Assembly: GCA_963664815.2 (NCBI GenBank)
Contig: CAXXHB010000003.1
Span: 3,328,001 to 3,392,000 of the forward strand
Length of the DNA stretch: 64,000 nucleotides
Reading direction: 5' to 3'
Source of the DNA: Spirochaetota bacterium
GTDB taxonomy: Bacteria > Spirochaetota > UBA4802 > UBA5550
Below the pieces are notes generated by a model that had not been told where the DNA came from, made no database searches, and worked only from the letters and a program-made list of their open reading frames with translations. This document shows positions 31,953 through 40,574 of this stretch, piece after piece. A program made the translations under genes and the position numbers. Numbering within the stretch: position 1 is the first letter of the stretch; every line of letters begins with the position of its first letter.

Positions 31953-32162
31953 ATGAGCCAACAGTTTAAAACTCTAATGAATTATCAAAACGAAATGGAA
32001 CATATTGTTGGAAAAGTATTTGAAGCAAGAATTAACCGGTTTTGCCAAAAGCGTATTAGAGAAATTTATGATTACTGTAATACAGTAAGGGAGACAGCTT
32101 CTCCGAAAAATATCATGATAATTGATCAAATTGAAGGTATGATCTTTGATGTGATGCTTTAA
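31953..32162 (+). CDS. Small hypothetical protein (69 aa)
   Basis: GAGGTG RBS before ATG 31953. Convergent with the CHAT gene. Confidence 0.55.
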   Translation: MSQQFKTLMNYQNEMEHIVGKVFEARINRFCQKRIREIYDYCNTVRETASPKNIMIIDQIEGMIFDVML

Positions 32163-32164
32163 CC

Positions 32165-35119
32165 TTATTCATACAGCACAAATCCGGCCCAGTAATAAGG
32201 GTCGGATTTTTTAGTAATAAACTCATCTTTAGTCCTTTTAACAGCTTCACGGTATGAACATTTATCTTTCTGGACTTTACTATACATGCTTACCATAAAT
32301 TTCTTTGTGGCTTCATCATCAACTTCCCACAGGGTCACAAGTACACTGTTTGCCCCTGCAACCTGGAATCCCCGTGTTAATCCTGTAATCCCGTCCCCGC
32401 TTACAAATTTACCCATTCCTGTATTGCAGGCCGAAAGTACAACTATTTCAGCCTTAATATTGAGAACAGAAGCATCCTCAACTGTAAGATAACCGTCCTC
32501 TTCGCTGTCATTGATTAAGCCGGAAACTTCAGAGAACACAAGAGCAGAGTATAATGGATATTCCGGATTAAAGTACCCGTGACATGAAAAGTGTATAGAT
32601 TTATAATCAAGCAGTCTACCTTCAGCAGAAAGCTGCTTTAACTTCTTCTCTGTAACATCATGACCTGTGTATATATCGACACCGGAATTATTGAATATTT
32701 CTTTACCTATCTGTATTACTTCATCACCGGTTCCTGAAATATTATTCCATTTAAAACCGCACTCACTGAAATATTCAGAAGGCTTATTGAAACACCTCTC
32801 AGCAATTCGTTTATTATCTTCCTGTGGTAATAAATGATTACGGTATCTCCCTTTTGTCTCACCCTTTTTATCATCTTTGTCAGAATAAATGCCTCCGCCA
32901 AATGCCAGAAATTTCTTATCAATTGTGTAGTTACGATCGCGGATCATCACTGATACGGAAATAGATGGTGTGAAAGTGATTAACTTTTTATTAAGATAAT
33001 TACCATCTGCATCGCGAAGAGCATCAAAGGGTAGAAATGCCAGTGGACCGTCAGGAACGATTATCAGGTGGTTTTTATTTTTGATGTATTGCTGTACGGG
33101 ATTGATTAATGTATTGTAAAGATCTATTGAAAGCTTCTTAACAGTAAGTTCACTATAATCATAGCATGTGGTAATATCACTTGGATTGCATTTAGTAATC
33201 TCTTTTCTGAAATCATCAATTTTATCAGAATATAGATACTCCTTATCCAGCTCTATAACTTCTGTATCTTCCGCAGAGATTATAAGTATATACGGATTAA
33301 GATACTCCCCTTTTTGAGGTGGAATAATATATTCAAGTATTATACCATCGGTACCACAGAGTTCTTTTGCCTGTTCAATAGTTGCGATATCCGGATTACG
33401 CAGCTGCCTGTACTTTTCATTCGACATGAGGGAATTATCGAGGGCGATGAAATCGGATTCAGCCTGTGCGAGTTGGGATGATAAATTAGAGAGTCTTTTT
33501 TCATGATAATTTCTTTCTTCATCAGTCATTTCAAATATTGGTAATGATATAATTTTTTGCCTGATGGTTGATAGATGCTCAATATTATCTCGAAGATTCT
33601 GAAATTGCATAATGATGTCATTACTTATACCACAAGCATGAGCTGCTGATTTTATTGATAATCTTTCAGAATAACCCATTGAGCGCATGCGTTCTGAAAT
33701 ATTAAAAAATGTTCGTAAATCCTCAATTTCCTTAAATACGGTTAAAGTGTAATAAAAAGAAATAATATTACGTGTTATAAATAGAATTCCACCGGAAACA
33801 TCTGTTTTACGATTTTTTTCAATAACTTCAACAGCAGTTAGTATTATTGGCAAAGATTTATTGTAATACTTTTTATTAAGGTAGTTTGAACATATAATAT
33901 TTGAAATATTGATTATATCTTGATAAGCTGATGTTTCTTTTATTATTGTAAAGGATTTGTTTAAATATTCTAATCCTTTGTCAGTTGCTTCTATATCAAG
34001 GTATAACAATCCAAGCTGTAAAATAACATTAGCTGTTTCGGGATGATTATTACCGAATACTTTTTTATGTTTTTCTAAAGATTTTAAATAATAGTTTTCA
34101 GCCGTTTCATAGTTTTTCAGATTATAATAAGCACTACCTAAATAGAAATCGCTTCTGGATGTTTCTGGATGATATGCTTCATCCATTATTGTATTTACCT
34201 GTGAGCATAATTCGATTGTTTTATTAAAATCCATTTTTTCACAATATGCAAGACCAAGATTATTATAGATTTTAGATTTTAAATACTTTTTAAAATCCAA
34301 TTTGTTATTATCAATAATTTTGAGAGCTTCAGAATAAAATTCTATAGAATCAGTTATTTTCCCATTTTTATAAAAAGCAGCACCTAAGTTATTATAGCTT
34401 TTCACTAAAGGACTTAAATCTTTATCTGATCTTTTCTTTTTTATAGATAAGGCTTTATAAAAAAAATAAATTGACTGTTCTATGTTTCCTTCATCCTGAT
34501 ATATTGCACCTAATAAATCATAGATCCTATAATGAAGTATGCTATTTGAAATTTTTTTGCACTCAAGTTCTTTCAAAGCTTTCAGACAAAAATCAATAGA
34601 ACGGGATAAATTTGCCTTATTATAATAAACCAATCCTATATAATAATAACACGGTGCTTTTTTACTAATTTCATCATCATGTAAGCAATCTTCACAATGT
34701 AAGATTACATCTTCCCATAGCGATAGCGCTAATGAAATTTGACCAGTTTTATCTGCTTGATCAGCTAAATCTAATTTTTCATCAACCATATCACCATTAA
34801 ACTTTATAAAACTGGGTAAAGGAAAAACGGAATAATCATCATCGTCATAATATAGATATTTTGCTTTAACTTGATCTTTAGTTTCTTTAGTAAACTCAGC
34901 AATTGATTTGCTAAAAAATTTATTCAAAGCATCAGGTATAGGCATATTCGCTTTCTTAAAATGTTCATGTATAACTTTTTCAACAACCAATTTTATTGTC
35001 TCTCTTACTTCTCTATCACCGGATTCTTCAGCGGCTTGTATTATTTTTTTTAATTCATCTGAATCATTAATTTCATCAGATGAATTATGAGGATTATCGG
35101 GAGGATTATTCTGTGTCAT
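32165..35119 (-). CDS. TPR-CHAT (caspase-like) protease
   Basis: Multiple TPRs, IVPDGPLAFLPFDAL, catalytic His in IHFSCHG and Cys in VLSACNTG, TLWEVDD and PYYWAGFVLY. No signal peptide. Confidence 0.93.
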   Translation of the reverse strand: MTQNNPPDNPHNSSDEINDSDELKKIIQAAEESGDREVRETIKLVVEKVIHEHFKKANMPIPDALNKFFSKSIAEFTKETKDQVKAKYLYYDDDDYSVFPLPSFIKFNGDMVDEKLDLADQADKTGQISLALSLWEDVILHCEDCLHDDEISKKAPCYYYIGLVYYNKANLSRSIDFCLKALKELECKKISNSILHYRIYDLLGAIYQDEGNIEQSIYFFYKALSIKKKRSDKDLSPLVKSYNNLGAAFYKNGKITDSIEFYSEALKIIDNNKLDFKKYLKSKIYNNLGLAYCEKMDFNKTIELCSQVNTIMDEAYHPETSRSDFYLGSAYYNLKNYETAENYYLKSLEKHKKVFGNNHPETANVILQLGLLYLDIEATDKGLEYLNKSFTIIKETSAYQDIINISNIICSNYLNKKYYNKSLPIILTAVEVIEKNRKTDVSGGILFITRNIISFYYTLTVFKEIEDLRTFFNISERMRSMGYSERLSIKSAAHACGISNDIIMQFQNLRDNIEHLSTIRQKIISLPIFEMTDEERNYHEKRLSNLSSQLAQAESDFIALDNSLMSNEKYRQLRNPDIATIEQAKELCGTDGIILEYIIPPQKGEYLNPYILIISAEDTEVIELDKEYLYSDKIDDFRKEITKCNPSDITTCYDYSELTVKKLSIDLYNTLINPVQQYIKNKNHLIIVPDGPLAFLPFDALRDADGNYLNKKLITFTPSISVSVMIRDRNYTIDKKFLAFGGGIYSDKDDKKGETKGRYRNHLLPQEDNKRIAERCFNKPSEYFSECGFKWNNISGTGDEVIQIGKEIFNNSGVDIYTGHDVTEKKLKQLSAEGRLLDYKSIHFSCHGYFNPEYPLYSALVFSEVSGLINDSEEDGYLTVEDASVLNIKAEIVVLSACNTGMGKFVSGDGITGLTRGFQVAGANSVLVTLWEVDDEATKKFMVSMYSKVQKDKCSYREAVKRTKDEFITKKSDPYYWAGFVLYE

Positions 35120-35143
35120 TGAAGCGTATTAATCTTAAAGAAG

Positions 35144-35854
35144 TTAATTCAATGAAATAGCCCGGAAATATTCACCATCTGCAGAAAGAATATACTCCCC
35201 TTTATCCGGTACCTTGAATTCAATAGAACCATTGACCGGATTACCCGATTGAGCATAACCGTTGCCAGTTATAAAGAATTCTTTCAACTGGTCATCACAT
35301 TGTATAATAATTTTAATCGATTCATCTTCATGTTTTATAATACAATTATATTCTTTATCCCCTGCGGCAAATTTAAATGGAATTTCTTTATAAGTTTTAT
35401 CCTTGGCAACACCACCTTTTGTAGTTCCTGCCGCAACACCGATCAACCCTTCTGGTGATGATAAAAGATTTATTATTTTTAATGTATTAACCAGGTCTTC
35501 CTTAACCGATGCAAGAACACCCTGTACACCCTTTTCAGTGGATTCAATTATCTCTTTAATGGATGGTTTAGAAGCAACAAGCTCCTTCAGTCGAGCAAAT
35601 GCGGCTTTACTCTTTCTGTTTTTTTCAGCTATCTCTGCAACCAGTGGAGCAAATCTCTCTGCTGCTTTCTTTGCAAATTCAGCACCCTCTTCACTTTCGA
35701 ACCAGGGGATATCTTCGATCTTATGTTCTTTCAAGTATTTGTCGAGTTTTTCATAATCATCACTATACATTTCGGCAGCGGACTCACCAAAATATTTTAC
35801 TATTACAAGATCAGCAGAAGTCAGTTTATTTTTATTAGTCATTGGTTTCTCCAT
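35144..35854 (-). CDS. Putative cytoplasmic anti-sigma factor / protease substrate
   Basis: Lies between the sigma and CHAT genes. Helical N-terminal half, flexible GVAAGTTKGG linker and small beta-rich C-domain. The function is a positional inference. Confidence 0.5.
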   Translation of the reverse strand: MEKPMTNKNKLTSADLVIVKYFGESAAEMYSDDYEKLDKYLKEHKIEDIPWFESEEGAEFAKKAAERFAPLVAEIAEKNRKSKAAFARLKELVASKPSIKEIIESTEKGVQGVLASVKEDLVNTLKIINLLSSPEGLIGVAAGTTKGGVAKDKTYKEIPFKFAAGDKEYNCIIKHEDESIKIIIQCDDQLKEFFITGNGYAQSGNPVNGSIEFKVPDKGEYILSADGEYFRAISLN

Positions 35855-35862
35855 AATTTATC

Positions 35863-36507
35863 TTACACAAGATCTTCTTTTTTAATACCTTTATTCTCAA
35901 GACAGGCTTTAACTAATTTTTTGCCTAAGCTGCGGCCGTCTTTTACAAGTTCTGTTTCAACATTTAATTGCTGGGCAATAATTGCCGGACGGACACCACG
36001 CATTATTTCTGCCATAATATATGAAAGATCTATATTGTTATCTTTTGGCAAACGCTCAATACAATCTATCAACGATTCTTTGAGTTCTGCTTCGGGATGG
36101 TTGCCGTTTGTTTTCTCCAAAGCATCATGTACTTCTTTTTCGTTTTCATCTTTTATTTCATCAGAATTATGCAAAGGTTCATTTTTATTAATATGTTTTC
36201 GTAACTCGCTTCTTAAAACAAGATATAAATAGTTTACAGCCTGGCCTTCATGTTCCCCTGTAAAATTGGTTCTAAGCATTTTGAGAAAAACTTCTATTGT
36301 ACTGAAGATAACATCGTCAATGTCGTCCGGATTAAAATAAGTAATATCAAACTCTCTTAAAGATTTTATCAATTTTGCCTTTAATAAACCGTAAGATTTA
36401 TTATAAAACTTTTCACCTGCTTTTCTATCAGGATTTTCACCGTTACGCAATTTTAAACAGTATTGAATAATCTCCATTGACTTATCCCCATATTTTAATT
36501 TCTCCAT
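35863..36507 (-). CDS. ECF-like sigma70 factor (true start possibly 36477)
   Basis: Region 2-like DDIDDVIFSTIEVFLK...NYLYLVLRS and region 4-like CIERLP...IIAQQLNVETELVKDGRSLGKKLVKACL. Confidence 0.75.
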   Translation of the reverse strand: MEKLKYGDKSMEIIQYCLKLRNGENPDRKAGEKFYNKSYGLLKAKLIKSLREFDITYFNPDDIDDVIFSTIEVFLKMLRTNFTGEHEGQAVNYLYLVLRSELRKHINKNEPLHNSDEIKDENEKEVHDALEKTNGNHPEAELKESLIDCIERLPKDNNIDLSYIMAEIMRGVRPAIIAQQLNVETELVKDGRSLGKKLVKACLENKGIKKEDLV

Positions 36508-36594
36508 TAAAATAGATAATATTCAATAAAAGTCAAGGCTTTAACTTCCTCTCTCTTGTTATTTTGGAAAACAGAAAAGTAAATTTAAAAAATC

Positions 36595-36623
36595 TGATAT
36601 TAATATCCTCTTCCAGCTCTCCT
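36595..36623 (+). promoter_or_regulatory. Putative ECF-type promoter motif, copy 1
   Basis: TGATATTAAT-N11-GCTCTCCT, then AAGGAGG and ATG 36647. Confidence 0.7.
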
Positions 36624-36646
36624 CAATTAAAGAAAAGGAGGATACC

Positions 36647-36802
36647 ATGGAAAACTTAATCAGAAACTTCACTACGAAAAAAGTAGAACGTGCAGACATT
36701 ATTCTCGCACAACTTGCCGAAATATACTCTGCAGTCGATTCATGCAATCTATCAAACGGTAAAATTATCTGCCGCAGGCTCGAAATAATAAAAAAATTAT
36801 AA
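36647..36802 (+). CDS. Small hypothetical protein (51 aa, not in ORF track), paralog of the C-terminal half of the 36864 protein
   Basis: MENLIRNFTTKKVERADIILAQLAEIYSAVDSCNLSNGKIICRRLEIIKKL, with a strong RBS. Confidence 0.7.
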   Translation: MENLIRNFTTKKVERADIILAQLAEIYSAVDSCNLSNGKIICRRLEIIKKL

Positions 36803-36808
36803 TTTCGG

Positions 36809-36838
36809 TGATATTAATCCGGGGCAAAACGCTCTCTT
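36809..36838 (+). promoter_or_regulatory. Putative ECF-type promoter motif, copy 2
   Basis: TGATATTAAT-N12-GCTCTCTT upstream of ATG 36864. Confidence 0.72.
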
Positions 36839-36863
36839 CTAATAAAAGGAAAAGAAGAATAAT

Positions 36864-37160
36864 ATGAAAAAGTTAATCTATTCTTTTGAAGGTAACGATC
36901 TAAGACATTATGCCGGTGTGGCCAAACAATACGATTTTCTTGATGAAAGGTCAAGGCATTTTCTCTATAACATAGGTTCTCTTCTTTATCTCAAGGAGAA
37001 TGGAGAATCAATTAATTTATCAAATAAACAGGAAAACTGGACAGATTCACTTCTTACTCAACTCACCTCGGAATTTTCAATAGTCGATAGCTGCTGTCTT
37101 TCAAAAAGCAAGGCTCACTGCAGCAGATGCGAAAAATTAAAAAATATTTCAGCGTTGTGA
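36864..37160 (+). CDS. Hypothetical protein with a C-terminal Cys cluster
   Basis: 98 aa with VDSCCLSKSKAHCSRC. Confidence 0.7.
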   Translation: MKKLIYSFEGNDLRHYAGVAKQYDFLDERSRHFLYNIGSLLYLKENGESINLSNKQENWTDSLLTQLTSEFSIVDSCCLSKSKAHCSRCEKLKNISAL

Positions 37161-37187
37161 TATTAATTCGCGATTAATTGCTCTCTT
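37158..37187 (+). promoter_or_regulatory. Putative ECF-type promoter motif, copy 3
   Basis: TGATATTAAT-N12-GCTCTCTT, then AGGAGG and ATG 37209. Confidence 0.72.
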
Positions 37188-37208
37188 AAAAGTAAAGAGG
37201 AGGATGAC

Positions 37209-37544
37209 ATGATAAACAACTTCAACAGCATCAACCGTAAACCCCGGTTTGCTTTTGCTTTAGCAAAAAAATACAATCGCCTAAGCAATGGGGCAGGCTG
37301 CCTGCTTTATGACAGAGTAAAGTATCTTCATGAAGATCTGAAGAACCAGCCTCTCATCTTTAAAGAAATACATCTCAACGCGGCAGCAAAGCTTGACCTT
37401 ATCAGTGAAAGCGAAGGGTTCCTTATCTTTTACAGTGCGATGTTTATGTATGAGGAAGATAAATATCATCCAGTGTTCAGGCCATTGCCTTTAAACGGGA
37501 GAAGATCCTTTATGCTCGACCCTGATTATTTCAATCAGAAATGA
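37209..37544 (+). CDS. Hypothetical protein
   Basis: 111 aa with an AGGAGG RBS. Confidence 0.7.
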   Translation: MINNFNSINRKPRFAFALAKKYNRLSNGAGCLLYDRVKYLHEDLKNQPLIFKEIHLNAAAKLDLISESEGFLIFYSAMFMYEEDKYHPVFRPLPLNGRRSFMLDPDYFNQK

Positions 37545-37572
37545 CACCATAAAATTATAAGGAGGCAGGTAT

Positions 37573-37884
37573 ATGAAGCATAATTCAAAATCCGGTCTTT
37601 ATTCAATACACGGTTTTGAAAGATCGATTGAGCGTGAGATAAGCGATAATGAGATACACTTTGTATTGAGGTATGGTGAAGTATATGAAACCAGATGCGG
37701 ACGCCTGGCGTTCTGGTTTAACAAAGATTCTGCTGACAGGTGCCCGCTGCCATGGTCAGCTAAAAAGAATGCATTTTATGTTGCAGTGATACAGGCCTCA
37801 GACGGCGTTGTAGTTACTACAATGTTCACCCCTGTTAAAAAGCAGGAGTGGCAATCACCTTCAGATTTATACAGGATAGCATAA
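37573..37884 (+). CDS. DUF4258-like (BrnT/RelE-like) putative RNase toxin
   Basis: SIHGFERSIEREISDNEIHFVLRYGE...VVVTTM matches the H-x2-ER-x2-ER-x-I...GE...VVT pattern. Confidence 0.6.
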   Translation: MKHNSKSGLYSIHGFERSIEREISDNEIHFVLRYGEVYETRCGRLAFWFNKDSADRCPLPWSAKKNAFYVAVIQASDGVVVTTMFTPVKKQEWQSPSDLYRIA

Positions 37885-38174
37885 TGCAGATAAATAATAA
37901 ATCGATAAAAGCAGATAGCAATTCCATTGATGATGACGGCTACTCACCTTCGGAGAAGCTTGATCACATCGCAGGTGTTTTTCATGAGCAGATTGATGAT
38001 ATAGTCATGCAGTTAAATCAGAATATGATGGTTGATGAAGACCTTTTACCCTTCAACCTGCTCAGGAGGGTCATACTTATGACAATCAATGTTTATGGAT
38101 TTGAAGATGTAAATATTGCAATAGATACGTTTCTCGAAGAGGCTCTCTCTTACGCAGAGCAGACAATACAATAA
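37884..38174 (+). CDS. Acidic hypothetical protein, paralog of the 42698 protein
   Basis: Its ATG overlaps the upstream TAA (translational coupling). Shares an LPF..L...D...I.T block with 42698. Confidence 0.65.
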   Translation: MQINNKSIKADSNSIDDDGYSPSEKLDHIAGVFHEQIDDIVMQLNQNMMVDEDLLPFNLLRRVILMTINVYGFEDVNIAIDTFLEEALSYAEQTIQ

Positions 38175-38187
38175 CAGGAGTTAAAGC

Positions 38188-38955
38188 ATGAGTAAAAAAG
38201 ACGAAATTTACACAGGCGAAACAAAAAAAGGTAAACGCAATGGCTTCGGCAGGTGTGATTATGCCGACGGCTCATGGTATGCCGGAGAGTGGAAGAATGG
38301 TAAAAAACATGGTCAGGGTTGTGAGATAAACAAAAGCGGCATAAGCTATATGGGAAGATATACTGATGGCGAGTACGACAGCTTCGGCACGCTTTTCCCT
38401 GTTCCGGGGAATAAAGATCAGGTACTTACATCCGGTCAATTCAGTAAAGAAGCTTTTAATGGTATAGGCCTGGTCTTAAACGAGCATGGCGGGCCGTCAT
38501 ACGCAGGACAGCTTATAGAATCAGGAATGTCAGGAATCGGGTGCTGGTATCATCCGAACGGAACTGTCATAGCTGGTGAAAATAAAGACACAAAAAGCAC
38601 TGCTGTTTCCCTCGAAATATATGCCGATGGTTCGCACAGCCTGCGTCATTATCTCAACGGCATATTGCATGGCGATGTAATTAACTGGTCCCCTGACGGC
38701 ACAAGGACAGTCTGTAAGTTTGCCGAAGGTGAGCAACAGGGACCGTGCGAGATATTCAAGCACGACGGTACAATAATTGTCGCATTGTCAGACCATAAAG
38801 GTTTTCAGGGAGAGGTCATGTTTATTTACAGCGACGGTTACAACGTGAAAAAGAACTATAAAGACGACAGGCCCTTCGGTGATGTTATTGTTACCGGACC
38901 TGATGGCACTTCGGTTACAATCAGTCAGAAAGAGGCAAAAAGGAGGGGAATATGA
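38188..38955 (+). CDS. MORN-repeat protein
   Basis: YTGETKKGKRNGFG, YAGEWKNGKKHGQG and further degenerate repeats. Confidence 0.88.
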   Translation: MSKKDEIYTGETKKGKRNGFGRCDYADGSWYAGEWKNGKKHGQGCEINKSGISYMGRYTDGEYDSFGTLFPVPGNKDQVLTSGQFSKEAFNGIGLVLNEHGGPSYAGQLIESGMSGIGCWYHPNGTVIAGENKDTKSTAVSLEIYADGSHSLRHYLNGILHGDVINWSPDGTRTVCKFAEGEQQGPCEIFKHDGTIIVALSDHKGFQGEVMFIYSDGYNVKKNYKDDRPFGDVIVTGPDGTSVTISQKEAKRRGI

Positions 38956-40373
38956 ACCTTATTCAGAAACTTATAAGAAAAAAGCCAGAAAAGTGGTACA
39001 ACAGGGAGAATATACCTGCAATTGAAAATGCGCTGAACACTGCAATTGACAGGTATTACGATCTTGACTTCCATTTCAGAAATCCCCTGACGCCAATGAG
39101 TGAACACTTCCTGGGCTGCGGATACTACGATTTCTATGTTCTTGGAGCGACTTTCCCAAAAGAAGTGGATATATTTCTGGCCCGTATTTTTGAAAAGATA
39201 ATTAAGAAGAATTACACGCCATGCAATGAAGAGATCATGAAATATCTGAAAGGTAAAATAGGTCAAACCGGTTTTACAAAAACGTTCTCTGATTACATTA
39301 ACAAGATGATCGGGTTTAACTATAAGTGTTTCAGTTCAGATCAGGGTGAACTGACTGATTATATCGGTTCAGGTAATTTTTTTATAAAGAACAGCAGGGG
39401 AGATAAAATTGTAATCTCGATCATGAATAATCAAATCCCTGATAATCAGAACAGGGGTGGTGTGCTGAATATAAATCTTACAGCTAACAGCTCGGTAGAA
39501 GGTGCACGCGAGGCATGCTGCGAGTTTATAGATCTTGTAAACAGGGAGCTTGGTACAGAGATACAAGGGAGCCAATATGCCATGGGCGCAAGAGGCTATC
39601 CTGTTCGTGTCGGTTTCCAGTCCTGGGATGATATTAAAATACCCGAAGAACTGAAAAAAATGTTAAGATTCCATATTACAGATTTTATTTCTCATATCGA
39701 CAGATTTAAAGATGCAGGAATAAGACCCTCAAGAGGGATTATAATTTCCGGATCTCCCGGAACCGGCAAAACAATGCTCGGCAGAGTGTTATGCTCAAAT
39801 ATCAATATACCCTTTTTCTATGCCGTTGCCGGAGATTTCCAGCAGACGTTCGGCGGCCCGAAGATTGAAGAGTTGTATAATACAGCTTCTATTTATGCTC
39901 CTTCAATTGTATTTATTGAAGATGCGGACATATTTCTTCAGAAACGGCTCTTCAATAATAACAGCGGTACACTGACAGATTTTTTAAATATTATCGACGG
40001 TTTAAAAGAAAATAAGGGTGTGATAACAATCCTCACATGCAACAATCCAGAACTTATCGATGAGGCAGTAAAAAACAGACCGAAACGTTTCGATGTAATC
40101 ATCGAATTTCCCAACCCTGCACTTGAACAAAGAGTAGATATTCTCATGTCAAAACTTGAAAAACATATAGAAAGTACAGATGTTTTACATCTTGTGGATG
40201 CCGCTGTTAAGATGGAGGGGTTTTCCGGAGCCCATCTTGCAGAGTTTGCAGAGCGGCTTATCATGTCAAAGATATATGCGGATAAACCGTTTATAGATTG
40301 GGAGATCATATTCACAGAGCTTGAAAGTTTCGGATTCAGGAAACCTACAGCGCAACAGATCGGTATCAGGTAA
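38952..40373 (+). CDS. AAA+ ATPase
   Basis: GSPGTGKT Walker A, VFIEDAD Walker B (ED order) and TCNNPELIDEAVKNRPKRFD second region of homology. Confidence 0.9.
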   Translation: MNLIQKLIRKKPEKWYNRENIPAIENALNTAIDRYYDLDFHFRNPLTPMSEHFLGCGYYDFYVLGATFPKEVDIFLARIFEKIIKKNYTPCNEEIMKYLKGKIGQTGFTKTFSDYINKMIGFNYKCFSSDQGELTDYIGSGNFFIKNSRGDKIVISIMNNQIPDNQNRGGVLNINLTANSSVEGAREACCEFIDLVNRELGTEIQGSQYAMGARGYPVRVGFQSWDDIKIPEELKKMLRFHITDFISHIDRFKDAGIRPSRGIIISGSPGTGKTMLGRVLCSNINIPFFYAVAGDFQQTFGGPKIEELYNTASIYAPSIVFIEDADIFLQKRLFNNNSGTLTDFLNIIDGLKENKGVITILTCNNPELIDEAVKNRPKRFDVIIEFPNPALEQRVDILMSKLEKHIESTDVLHLVDAAVKMEGFSGAHLAEFAERLIMSKIYADKPFIDWEIIFTELESFGFRKPTAQQIGIR

Positions 40374-40395
40374 AAAATAAAATGAGGATAATATT

Positions 40396-40563
40396 ATGAA
40401 TAAAAATAAAATGATATGCAGCAAATGCGGTGATAAATGCGGTACACATGCTTTCGCATACTTTTGTCCTGAATGCGGCAAACAGTTGTGCGGTTCATGC
40501 CATACAAATGCATTTTGTACCGACTGTTGGCCAGTCGGTGTAAAAATGATCAAAGTAAGCTAA
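40396..40563 (+). CDS. Small 4xCxxC zinc-finger protein (55 aa, not in ORF track)
   Basis: MNKNKMICSKCGDKCGTHAFAYFCPECGKQLCGSCHTNAFCTDCWPVGVKMIKVS, with a GAGGA RBS. Its stop codon abuts the next RBS. Confidence 0.8.
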   Translation: MNKNKMICSKCGDKCGTHAFAYFCPECGKQLCGSCHTNAFCTDCWPVGVKMIKVS

Positions 40564-40574
40564 AGGAGGATTGG

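Noticed and set aside
36595-37187. Regularly recurring motif read as a CRISPR or other non-coding repeat array
   Set aside because: The units are 214 and 349 bp apart, separated by ORFs with RBSs, and bipartite with variable spacers. This fits promoters. No cas genes are present.
40473-40574. N-terminal extension of the second AAA ATPase given in the ORF track
   Set aside because: It overlaps the Zn-finger ORF in another frame. The strong RBS at ATG 40575 gives a length matching the paralog.
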